Assembly: GCA_965116325.1 (NCBI GenBank)
Contig: OZ220675.1
Span: 246,929 to 310,928 of the forward strand
DNA length: 64,000 nucleotides
DNA from: Dehalococcoidia bacterium
GTDB taxonomy: Bacteria > Chloroflexota > Dehalococcoidia > Lucifugimonadales > JAGWBF01
Direction of reading: 5' to 3'
Shown here: positions 1-8,548 of the stretch, piece after piece
Numbering within the stretch: position 1 is the stretch's first letter
How the letters are laid out: every line of letters begins with the position of its first letter
Notes under the pieces: generated by a model
The model's database searches: none
The model's input: only the letters and a program-made list of their open reading frames with translations
What the model was told of the DNA's origin: nothing
Position numbers and translations under genes: made by a program

Positions 1-429
1 CGTCCCCACAACATCGCCATCGACGACAACGACAACGTATACGTAGTGGACCGGGAGGCCCACCGCGTACAGGTCTTCGATGCCGAGGGCGAGTACAAGA
101 CCATGTGGAACAACATTCACCGGCCCGACGCCATGGTTCTGTGGGGCGACCACATATACATCGGCGAGCTAAACGGCATGGGAGGCTTGGACGATGCTCC
201 GGGCCTGGGACACAGGGTGGGCATCTACGACCTGCAGGGGAATATGGTCTGCCGCTTCGGGGACCCCGAAGAAGGGGAGGGCCCCGGGCAGTTCATTGCG
301 CCCCACGGCATAGCTGTGGACTCCCACGGGGACATTTATGTGGCCGAAGTTTCTTACACCATCCGCGGTTCCAAGATGGACCCTCCCAAGGAGCTGAAAA
401 GCCTGAGAAAGTTCGTCCGCCAGTGGTAG
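1..429 (+). CDS. NHL-repeat (beta-propeller) protein, 5' truncated by the window edge
   Basis: Frame 1 is open from base 1 (RPHNIAIDDNDNVYVVDREAHRVQVFD) with a second NHL-like repeat, FIAPHGIAVDSHGDIYVAE. Confidence 0.85.
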   Translation, partial: RPHNIAIDDNDNVYVVDREAHRVQVFDAEGEYKTMWNNIHRPDAMVLWGDHIYIGELNGMGGLDDAPGLGHRVGIYDLQGNMVCRFGDPEEGEGPGQFIAPHGIAVDSHGDIYVAEVSYTIRGSKMDPPKELKSLRKFVRQW

Positions 430-449
430 TTTGGGAGCCTCTCCCTTCG

Positions 450-478
450 TTGACAGCTATAGGGGTGGCTGATAGGAT
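450..478 (+). promoter_or_regulatory. sigma70-type promoter for the 501-3115 operon
   Basis: TTGACA-N17-TAGGAT with an extended -10 TG. Confidence 0.7.
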
Positions 479-500
479 GGGGCCTACCTGTAGCTAGGAG

Positions 501-1919
501 ATGGACTTGGTCGGAATCAAGGCGTTCGGGGCTTACGTTCCCCGCTACCGCTTGGGCAAGGAAACGGCCGGCTGGGGCTCCTCCACCGAGAAGGCGGTCG
601 CCAACTTCGACGAGGACAGCGTTACCATGGCTGTGGCCGCCGGTAGGAACTGCCTCAAGGGCATAGACCCTCACCAGATTGACGGCCTGCTGTTCGCAAC
701 GACCACGCCTCCCTACGCTGAGAAACAGTGCTCGTCCATCATTGCCACCGCCCTGGACCTGCGCAGGGAGATAAACACAGCTGACATAACTGGAGTCCTC
801 CGTGCGGGGACCAGCAGCCTGAAGCTGGCAATGGACTCCGTAAGCGCGGGCTCCGCCAAGCAGGTGCTGGTCATAGCTGCCGATGCCCGTCTCGCCGGAC
901 CCAGGGGAGACCTGGAGCGCAACATGGGAGATGGCGCCGCGGCCGTCCTGATCTCTGCCGATGGCAATGCGGCCAACCTGGAAGGCAGCTACTCCATAAG
1001 TGAGAACATGCTGGATATGTGGCGCTCCCAGGGAGACTCCTTCGTACGCACCTGGGAAGACCGGTTCATGACAGAGGAGGGCCTGGAGCGCATCTTGCCT
1101 GACGCCGTTGCCGGATTCATGGGCAAGCATAGCGTGAAGGCCGGGGACTTTACCAAGGCCGTATTCCATTCCTCTGATGCCCGCCGACACACCCAGCTTG
1201 GCCGGAGAATGGGCTTCTCGGAGGAGCAGCTTCAGGACCCCCTGTTCGGGAGCGTAGGCAACACCGGGGCGGCCCATCCTATCCTTGGACTGGTCGGAGC
1301 CCTGGAGGATGCCCAGAAGGGCGAGCTCATCATGGTGGCCAGCTACGGAGACGGAAGCGACGTGATGTCATTCCGTGCCAATGGCTCGGATGACATAAAT
1401 GGCGGCAGGACTCGTCTTGCCGAGCTGATCGAACGCAAGGTGCTCATTTCCAGCTACGAGACCTATGCCCGTTGGCGGGACGTCTGGACTTCCGATGCGG
1501 CAGCACGGCGCCCCGCCCCGGCGGTCCCATCCGTGACGGCCATGTGGCGGGAGTCGGACCAGAACATCCGCCTGTACGGGGCCAAGTGCACCAAGTGCGA
1601 TGCGATGCAGTACCCTCCTCAGAGGATATGCACCATCTGCATGGCAAAGGACTCCTCAGAGCCCGTCCGCCTGTCGGACAAGTCGGGTGAGGTGTACACC
1701 TACTCCATGGACTACATTGCCGGCACCACCGATGTCCCCCTCGTCGTGACCGTAGTCAACTTCGAGGGCGGCGGGCGGATGCTGTGCATGATGACCGACC
1801 GGGAGCTGGATGAGGTGCAGGTAGGGATGCCCATTGAGATGACCTTCAGGAAGCTGCGGGTGGTCAATGGCATACACAACTACTACTGGAAGTCCATGCC
1901 CAGGCGCAGCAACAATTAA
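501..1919 (+). CDS. HMG-CoA synthase-like domain fused to a DUF35 Zn-ribbon/OB-fold domain
   Basis: N-terminal GAYVPRYRL, DEDSVTMA and GNTGAA motifs. C-terminal CTKC..CTIC ribbon plus OB-fold. The catalytic Cys position reads TGVLRAGT. Confidence 0.85.
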   Translation: MDLVGIKAFGAYVPRYRLGKETAGWGSSTEKAVANFDEDSVTMAVAAGRNCLKGIDPHQIDGLLFATTTPPYAEKQCSSIIATALDLRREINTADITGVLRAGTSSLKLAMDSVSAGSAKQVLVIAADARLAGPRGDLERNMGDGAAAVLISADGNAANLEGSYSISENMLDMWRSQGDSFVRTWEDRFMTEEGLERILPDAVAGFMGKHSVKAGDFTKAVFHSSDARRHTQLGRRMGFSEEQLQDPLFGSVGNTGAAHPILGLVGALEDAQKGELIMVASYGDGSDVMSFRANGSDDINGGRTRLAELIERKVLISSYETYARWRDVWTSDAAARRPAPAVPSVTAMWRESDQNIRLYGAKCTKCDAMQYPPQRICTICMAKDSSEPVRLSDKSGEVYTYSMDYIAGTTDVPLVVTVVNFEGGGRMLCMMTDRELDEVQVGMPIEMTFRKLRVVNGIHNYYWKSMPRRSNN

Positions 1920-1942
1920 CATAAGCATTGGAGGGGTAGATC

Positions 1943-3115
1943 GTGCAAGGTATAAAGGACAGGGTGGCCATAGTTGGAATGGGGTGCACAAAGTTCGGAG
2001 AGCGTTGGGATGCCAGCGCCGCGGACTTGATGGTCGAAGCTGCCTACGAGGCTTATGAAGATGCGGGAATCGACCCCAAGGACATAGGCGCCGCATGGCT
2101 GGGCACCGTTCAGACCTTCAGGACGGGCCAGCCCCTGGCCCAAGCCTTGAAGCTGGACTATGTGCCCATCACCCGCGTGGAGAACGCCTGCGCAACAGCT
2201 ACCGATGCCTTTCGTAATGCCAGCTACGCTGTAGCTGCCGGCATCTACGACATAGTGCTTGCCTTGGGAGTCGAGAAGCTGAAGGACTCGGGCTTTTCCG
2301 GCCTCGCCATATCTGAGGGCGTGGGCAGCGAGACGGCGCCTCCCACGCCTCCTCCTTCCCAGTTCGCCATGGCTGCGACCAGGTACTTCCACCACTACGG
2401 TATTCCCTACGAGGAAGGAAAGAAGGTCCTGGCCCAGATCGCTTCCAAGAACCACCATAACGGCACCCTGAACCCCAAAGCCCACTTCCAGCGTGAGGTC
2501 TCGGTGGACCAGGTTATGAACGCTCCCATGGTGGCGTGGCCCCTGGGCCTATTCGACTGCTGTGGAGTCAGCGACGGCGCGGCGGCAGCCATCATCACCA
2601 CGCCGGAGATCGCCCGCACCCTGCGCCAGGACTATGTGCTGGTGAAGGCCCTGGGCCTGTCGGTGGGCTCCTTCGGGGTCCTCCGGGACGACTGGGACTT
2701 CGTCCACTTCCCCGAGAACGTCAGGGCCGGGCAGGCTGCTTACCAGGAGGCGGGCGTCTCCAATCCCAGGGAGGAGATCGACCTGGCCTGCGTCCACGAC
2801 TGCTTCACCATAACGGAGCTGGTCATCGCGGAGGACTTGGGGTTCAGCCCCAGGGGTCGAGGCCGGGAGGATGTGGAGGCGGGGAATTTCACCCTGGAGG
2901 GCGACTTGCCCATCAACACCGACGGCGGGCTGAAGTGTTTCGGCCATCCCATCGGCGCCAGCGGCATCCGCATGATCTACGAGGTGTACAAGCAGCTCCA
3001 GGGCAAGGCGGGAGACCGCCAGCTCAAAAAAGCGGACCTGGGGCTCACCCATAACCTCGGAGGCAGGCCCGGCTCTTTCACGGCCTCCGTGGCGGTCTTC
3101 GGCCGGGAAAACTAA
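1943..3115 (+). CDS. acetyl-CoA acetyltransferase (thiolase, SCP2/archaeal type)
   Basis: RVENACAT (catalytic Cys), HDCF and GHPIGASG motifs. Confidence 0.92.
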   Translation: MQGIKDRVAIVGMGCTKFGERWDASAADLMVEAAYEAYEDAGIDPKDIGAAWLGTVQTFRTGQPLAQALKLDYVPITRVENACATATDAFRNASYAVAAGIYDIVLALGVEKLKDSGFSGLAISEGVGSETAPPTPPPSQFAMAATRYFHHYGIPYEEGKKVLAQIASKNHHNGTLNPKAHFQREVSVDQVMNAPMVAWPLGLFDCCGVSDGAAAAIITTPEIARTLRQDYVLVKALGLSVGSFGVLRDDWDFVHFPENVRAGQAAYQEAGVSNPREEIDLACVHDCFTITELVIAEDLGFSPRGRGREDVEAGNFTLEGDLPINTDGGLKCFGHPIGASGIRMIYEVYKQLQGKAGDRQLKKADLGLTHNLGGRPGSFTASVAVFGREN

Positions 3116-3155
3116 GGGCTGGCCCCTGGAGGGCTTTCATTAAGCCAAACTAAGG

Positions 3156-3199
3156 CATCAAAAGGGTGGTACCTCGAATGTGGTACCACCCTTTTGATG
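3156..3199. repeat. perfect 18-bp inverted repeat (hairpin; possibly a bidirectional terminator)
   Basis: CATCAAAAGGGTGGTACC, 8-nt loop, GGTACCACCCTTTTGATG; lies between convergent genes. Confidence 0.8.
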
Positions 3200-3406
3200 G
3201 ACCATTCATTGCGCTGCTGGCTGGAAGCAGTTGATGCCTTGTCAACACCGCGGTTCGTCGAATGACTGGGCCTCGCTGACCAGAACATCCTCGCCAAAAT
3301 GCCCCTCTAACGTCCTGGGTGGTACCACACTCCACTCCATCGTCTTTCGAGGCCTCTTCGTCGATTTTGGAGGGGTCGAATTTTATGACAACTAGAGCCC
3401 TTCTGT

Positions 3407-3434
3407 AAATTACATAACTTATGTTGTGCGAACC
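3407..3434 (-). other. dif-like XerC/XerD recombination site
   Basis: Minus strand reads GGTTCGCACAA-CATAAG-TTATGTAATTT, an 11-6-11 layout. Arms match E. coli dif (GGTGCGCATAA / TTATGTTAAAT) at 9/11 and 8/11. Confidence 0.75.
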
Positions 3435-3612
3435 ACCAAGAAAAAGGAAAAATTGCACCTTTCGGAGGAGAGTCTATGCCGGGGGTTTTAAGGTCCTCTG
3501 GTGATGGGTTCCAGTCCGGAATCCGGGTCGATGGCCTGGAGGGCCGATGTTGGCGACGTCGGGGGCGGAGCGTTCGGAGGTTGGTGTGGGGTGGTTGGGC
3601 GTGGGTTCTAGT

Positions 3613-4845
3613 TCAAGCGCTCTGGGACGCCGATGCTGGATGTCTCAGCAACCCTTGTCCCGACAACTCGTCCTGGACCTTGTCCAGGAGAATATCGAGG
3701 TTCCATCCCTTGGCCGCCGAGACCAGGGCACTGGGCCGGCCTTCAGGGGTCGGGAACATGGCGATGTCTTCTTGGCCGGGCGCAGAGTCCAGCAGGTCGA
3801 TCTTGTTGATGGCGAGGATGGTGGGTTTGGCGTCCAGCCCCAGCTCGGCCAGGGTGTTTTCCACGATCTCGGTCTGCTCCGGCGCCCTGGGATGGGTGAT
3901 GTTGACCACGTGCACCAACAGGTCGGCCTCCTGGAGTTCCTCCAGAGTTGCCCGGAAGGCGGCTACGACAGTCGGAGGCAGTTTGTGGATGAAACCCACG
4001 GTGTCCGTGATTAAGATCTGGTGACCGCCGCTGAGCCATACACGCCGGGTCACAGGGTCCAGGGTGGAGAAAAGCTGGTCCTGGGCCACGACGCCGGCGT
4101 TGCTCAGGCTGTTCAACAGGGTGCTCTTGCCGGCGTTGGTATAGCCCACCAGGGCGACCACCGGCAGCCTGGCCTGCTTGCGCCGTCCCATATAGGACTC
4201 CCGGCGCCTCTTCACCTCTTGGAGCTGGCTCTCCAGTCGCTTGATGCGCTGGCGGATCAGCCTCCGGTCAGTCTCCAGCTGGGTCTCCCCGGGGCCCCTG
4301 GTGCCGATTCCTCCACCCAGGCGCTCCAGGTGGGACCATTGGCCAACCAGCCGGGGCAGCAGGAACTGGTGTTGGGCAAGCTCCACCTGCATCTGACCTT
4401 CGCGGGTCTTGGCATGGCGGGAAAATATGTCAAGTATGAGGGCAGTCCGGTCTATCACCTTTACCTGCAGGGCGCCTTCCAGGTTCTTCTGCTGATTCGG
4501 GGTTAGCTCATCGTCGAATATGGCGATGCTGCAGTCTTTCTTCTCGAGAAGGGACTTGACCTCCTCGAGCTTGCCTGGCCCGATGTAGTGGGAGGTCGGC
4601 TTGTCCAGGTGCTGGCCAACCTGGGAGATGACTTTGGCGCCGGCGGTCTCGGCCAGCATCGACAGCTCAGCCAGGGAGTCGTCCATAGACCAGAGGTTAC
4701 TGTGGCCCTTGAGTTCCATGGAGACCAGGAGGGCCCTTTCGGCATGAGGACCGGTTTCAATGCTTCCTCTGGGAATGTTATGTCTCCCGGCCGAGGGATG
4801 GGGCCGGAATCTGCCAGGAAGCCAGCCTTTCCACGCCTTTGTCAA
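3613..4845 (-). CDS. hflX: GTPase HflX (start uncertain)
   Basis: GYTNAGKS, LFSTLDP, DTVGF and NKID G-motifs, with the HflX N-domain GPGETQLETDRR. Confidence 0.95.
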   Translation of the reverse strand: MTKAWKGWLPGRFRPHPSAGRHNIPRGSIETGPHAERALLVSMELKGHSNLWSMDDSLAELSMLAETAGAKVISQVGQHLDKPTSHYIGPGKLEEVKSLLEKKDCSIAIFDDELTPNQQKNLEGALQVKVIDRTALILDIFSRHAKTREGQMQVELAQHQFLLPRLVGQWSHLERLGGGIGTRGPGETQLETDRRLIRQRIKRLESQLQEVKRRRESYMGRRKQARLPVVALVGYTNAGKSTLLNSLSNAGVVAQDQLFSTLDPVTRRVWLSGGHQILITDTVGFIHKLPPTVVAAFRATLEELQEADLLVHVVNITHPRAPEQTEIVENTLAELGLDAKPTILAINKIDLLDSAPGQEDIAMFPTPEGRPSALVSAAKGWNLDILLDKVQDELSGQGLLRHPASASQSA

Positions 4846-5965
4846 CTTGCTGGTCCGGCGTGGTCAGCGAAAGGCGGATGTATCCCTCGCCGTACTGGCC
4901 ATAGCTGGAACCTGGGGTCACCACGATGGCTGTGTCTTCCAGCAGCCTCTGGGCGAACTCGGCCGAGGTGAACCCCTCGGGCACCCTGGCCCAGACGTAC
5001 AGCGACGCTTGGGGAGGGATGACCCTGAGTCCAATGCGTTTCAGAACGTCGATGACCTTATCCCGGCGTCGCTGGTAGATGTCGTTGTTCTCCTGGATAG
5101 GGTCCTGGGGTCCCAGCAGCGCTTCCATTGCCATCTCCTGGATGGCTTGGGGAATTCCCGAGTCCAGGTTGGCCTTGATCTGGAACAGCGCCTTGATCAT
5201 GTCGGAGTTGCCCACGGCCATCCCCACGCGCCATCCCGTCATGTTGAAGCACTTGGAAAGGGAGTGGAACTCAATGCCTATCTCTATTGCGCCGGGCAGC
5301 TCCAGGAAGCTCAAAGCCCTGTACCTGTCAAAAACCACTTCGCTGTAGGCGGCATCATGGAGAATCGCGATGTCGTGCCGGCGGGCAAAGTCGATGACCT
5401 TCTCGTAGTAGTCCCGTTCGGCCACCGCTCCGGTGGGGTTGTTCGGGTAGTTCAGCCACATGACCTTGGCCCGGGAGGCCACTTCGGCGGGGATGGCATC
5501 CAGGTCGGGGAGCCAGCCGTTCTCTTCCGTAAGCGGCATCTTGTAGCTCTCTGCGCCGGCGAACATGGTGCCCACAGCATAGACCGGATAGGCCGGATCG
5601 GGCACCAAGGCCACGTCCCCCGGGTCCAGGTAGCAAAAGGCCGCATGTCCTATGCCTTCCTTGGCGCCGATGAGCGGGAGCACCTCTTTGTCCGGGTCTA
5701 ACGACACACCGAAGCGCCTCTCATACCAAGTGGCGATGGCTTGGCGCATAGCTGGGAGGCCATCACTCTCAGGGTACCGGTGGTTCTGCAGGTCGTGGGA
5801 GGCTGCGATCAGACGGTCTATGATGCGGCTGGGGGTAGGAATGTCGGGGTCCCCTATGCCAAAGGTGACCACATCCTCTCCCGCGGCCCGCTTCTCGGCG
5901 ATAATCCGGGAGATCTCCACGAAGGGGTAGGGAGCCAGCTTGCCTAATCTATCGGAAAACTTCAT
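4778..5965 (-). CDS. dapL: LL-diaminopimelate aminotransferase
   Basis: Class I/II PLP aminotransferase (NYPNNPTG, HSLSKCFNMTGWRVG), in an operon with dapF. Confidence 0.88.
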   Translation of the reverse strand: MKFSDRLGKLAPYPFVEISRIIAEKRAAGEDVVTFGIGDPDIPTPSRIIDRLIAASHDLQNHRYPESDGLPAMRQAIATWYERRFGVSLDPDKEVLPLIGAKEGIGHAAFCYLDPGDVALVPDPAYPVYAVGTMFAGAESYKMPLTEENGWLPDLDAIPAEVASRAKVMWLNYPNNPTGAVAERDYYEKVIDFARRHDIAILHDAAYSEVVFDRYRALSFLELPGAIEIGIEFHSLSKCFNMTGWRVGMAVGNSDMIKALFQIKANLDSGIPQAIQEMAMEALLGPQDPIQENNDIYQRRRDKVIDVLKRIGLRVIPPQASLYVWARVPEGFTSAEFAQRLLEDTAIVVTPGSSYGQYGEGYIRLSLTTPDQQVDKGVERLASWQIPAPSLGRET

Positions 5966-6651
5966 TTCACCTGCTCGTATTTGCTATGGTCCGGGGCGTT
6001 CCTCTTTTGGAGAGGCATCGTTACGTTAACCCACACATAGTGGTTGATCAGGGTGGCCAGGGTGAAGGGCACACCGAAGCCGACCTTCTTGGAAATGTGA
6101 TCGGCGGGGCTGGAAATGCCCCGTTTCCCGGCGTCGGCCAGCACCTTCAACGCCAGCTTCCTCATCCTCACCAGGTAGTCGGCATAGTCTGGAGCTTTTT
6201 CGCTGTAGCCATAGACCTTGCGAATGGGAACATCCCACATAACGCAAAGCTGGGGCTGGATCACACCCAGGAACTTGGATGCTCCGGTGGGACCAAAGTG
6301 CTTCACACTGCTGAGGCCCTCGAAAACCTGCTGTACGGCGTCCAAGCTGTCACCTTCGAGAAAGTCACCCTCCAACCTGACGTTCTGCAGCAAGGCATTG
6401 GTCTTCGTATGGCTGCACAGAACGCCTTCCAGCTCGGGGAGAGTGCTGTACCGGGTGCGGTTGCTCCACGAGTTGACGAACTTGGTCAGCTTGAGGACCG
6501 AATCTGCATCAGGGTCGGCGATCAGCTTATCCCTAAAGCAGGTCTTGTACACCTCTTCGTAGGAGGTGTTGTAACCCCTGGAGTGGTACTTCACCTCGGC
6601 CTTTTCGACCTTTGCCAGGGTAATTCGGGATAGCTGGGCTGGGTTCACCAC
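5962..6651 (-). CDS. hypothetical protein, possible helix-hairpin-helix DNA-binding/glycosylase-like fold
   Basis: 229-aa ORF overlapping both the dapF stop and the dapL start; motif HFGPTGASKFLGVIQPQLCVMWD. Confidence 0.7.
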   Translation of the reverse strand: MVNPAQLSRITLAKVEKAEVKYHSRGYNTSYEEVYKTCFRDKLIADPDADSVLKLTKFVNSWSNRTRYSTLPELEGVLCSHTKTNALLQNVRLEGDFLEGDSLDAVQQVFEGLSSVKHFGPTGASKFLGVIQPQLCVMWDVPIRKVYGYSEKAPDYADYLVRMRKLALKVLADAGKRGISSPADHISKKVGFGVPFTLATLINHYVWVNVTMPLQKRNAPDHSKYEQVK

Positions 6652-7496
6652 TCGCCGCTGAAGACCTCCTCAGCAGGCCCTTCCATGAACACCTCGCCGA
6701 CACCATCCCACTCGATGGTGAGGGTGCCTCCGGGAAGGGTTATGTCAATCTTGTCGCCTCCCAGGTTCATCAGCCTTGCCACGGCGGCCACGCCCGAGGC
6801 GCCGGACCCGCAGGCCATGGTCTCCCCCGACCCCCGTTCCCACACCCGTACATTGGCGTGCCCTCGATCGACGAGGTTCACGATCTCGAAGTTGACCCGT
6901 TTGGGGAACATGGGGTGGTGCTCAACCTGGGGCCCGATTCGGTGAAGGGGGTAATTCGCCACCGGCTGGTCGATGAAGGCCACGGCGTGAGGGTTACCCA
7001 TGGATACAAAGCTCAGATTGAGATGGCAGCCGTCGATATCCAGGGGGTAGTCCACCACCGCATCTCCCAGGGTGCGCGCGGGCGGGCTATTCAGCAGCAC
7101 CGGGACCTCTGTGGGATCGAACCTTGGCTCTCCCATAGCGACCCGGGCCGAGACCACCCTTTCGCCCTTCATGCGAGGCACGATGGTCCGAATGCCAGCC
7201 AAGGTCTCAACCCTCAGACCCGACTCGCCGGGCTTGGCTATGTCCCGCTCGATGGCATACTTGGCAAAGCAGCGAATGCCGTTGCCGCACATCTCCCCTT
7301 CGGAGCCGTCGGCGTTGAACATGCGCATCCGAAGGTCTGCCGTGTCCGAGTCCAGCACCAGGATTATCCCGTCGCCTCCGATGCCGAAGTGCCGGTCGCT
7401 CATGGCGCGAGACAAAGAGGGCCAGTCCTCATCTATGTGGCGGGCATCTATATAGATGTAGTCGTTGCCTGCCCCATGCATCTTGGTGAACTTCAT
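6645..7496 (-). CDS. dapF: diaminopimelate epimerase
   Basis: KMHGAGND, EMCGNG and ETMACGSG (two catalytic Cys). Confidence 0.97.
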   Translation of the reverse strand: MKFTKMHGAGNDYIYIDARHIDEDWPSLSRAMSDRHFGIGGDGIILVLDSDTADLRMRMFNADGSEGEMCGNGIRCFAKYAIERDIAKPGESGLRVETLAGIRTIVPRMKGERVVSARVAMGEPRFDPTEVPVLLNSPPARTLGDAVVDYPLDIDGCHLNLSFVSMGNPHAVAFIDQPVANYPLHRIGPQVEHHPMFPKRVNFEIVNLVDRGHANVRVWERGSGETMACGSGASGVAAVARLMNLGGDKIDITLPGGTLTIEWDGVGEVFMEGPAEEVFSGEW

Positions 7497-7520
7497 TGGT
7501 CAGCCTCTTCCCTTTCGGGC

Positions 7521-8471
7521 CTATTCTAACACGGAGGCATCTTCCTGTTGCAAAAGGCGCCCAACGACCTCGGCAGCCCGCGACTCCAAGTCGTCGCCAA
7601 CGCTTAGCCAGGTGATTCGGGGGTCGTTGCGCCGGAACCATGCATACTGGTGCCGGGCAAGACGGTGGGTGTTGTACTTAACCTGGAGGACACATTCCTC
7701 TAGGGAGAGATTACCCTCGAGATAGCTGACCACCTCGCGATAGCCGATGCCGGACATGCTCGGGAGTTCCGGAGCATACCCTGCTGCCAGCAGACCTTCA
7801 ACCTCGGCCACCAACCCCATGGCGAACATCTCGTCCACCCTGTCGTCTATGCGCCTGTACAGGTCTTCTCGGGACGCGTCCAGCCCCAGCACGCGGCAGT
7901 TGTATTGGCCAGGCTGCCTGCCCCTCAGCTCCGTTGCCGTCACGCCGGTAGCGTGGTAGACCTCCAGGGCCCGGACCACCCTGCGTACGTTTCGGTAGTC
8001 GATCTTCGCCGCGCTTTCGGGGTCCACCTGCGCCAGCTTTTTATGTAGAGCCTCAGGGCCCTCGGAGGAGGCGACGCTCTCCAGATTCCGCCGCAGCTCC
8101 TCATCAGCTGTGACATGGGGCGCATCCCAGCCTTCCAGGAATCCCCAAAGGTACTGGCCTGTTCCCCCGATCAGCACGGGCAGTAGTCCCCTTCCCTGGA
8201 TATCCACCACGGCAGACTCCGCCATCTGCTGAAAGACGGGAAGGCTGAACTCCTCGTCGGGGGAGATGCAATCGACGAGGTGATGGGGCACCATTGCCCG
8301 CTGCTCCGGCGTGGGCTTCCAGGTCCCTATGTCCATGGAACGGTAGATCTGTCGGCTGTCCACGCTGACGATCTCACCGCCGAAAAGGCTCGCCAAGTGA
8401 AGGGCAAGGCTGCTCTTGCCGACGGCAGTCGGCCCGACGATGGCTAGGAGAAGGGGACTATCCATTGGCAA
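7521..8471 (-). CDS. miaA: tRNA dimethylallyltransferase
   Basis: GPTAVGKS, DSRQIY and GGTGQY motifs. Confidence 0.96.
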   Translation of the reverse strand: MPMDSPLLLAIVGPTAVGKSSLALHLASLFGGEIVSVDSRQIYRSMDIGTWKPTPEQRAMVPHHLVDCISPDEEFSLPVFQQMAESAVVDIQGRGLLPVLIGGTGQYLWGFLEGWDAPHVTADEELRRNLESVASSEGPEALHKKLAQVDPESAAKIDYRNVRRVVRALEVYHATGVTATELRGRQPGQYNCRVLGLDASREDLYRRIDDRVDEMFAMGLVAEVEGLLAAGYAPELPSMSGIGYREVVSYLEGNLSLEECVLQVKYNTHRLARHQYAWFRRNDPRITWLSVGDDLESRAAEVVGRLLQQEDASVLE

Positions 8472-8548
8472 GAAGGCTGTTCATACATTCTAGGGGCCCC
8501 TGCGTGGCTTTGGCCCTGGGTTCCTGGAGAGGAGGGCCGTCTCAGGTG

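Noticed and set aside
3160-3175. T-box-like sequence AAAAGGGTGGTACC
   Set aside because: No Stem I or specifier leader and no amino-acid-related gene downstream on either strand; it is part of a perfect inverted repeat between convergent genes.
3476-4024. 182-aa plus-strand ORF with a good GGAGGAG RBS
   Set aside because: Mostly antisense to hflX, with no recognisable motifs and atypical composition; translation of a short product cannot be excluded.
7113-7123. tRNA T-loop-like GGGATCGAACC
   Set aside because: Lies inside dapF coding sequence with no cloverleaf around it.
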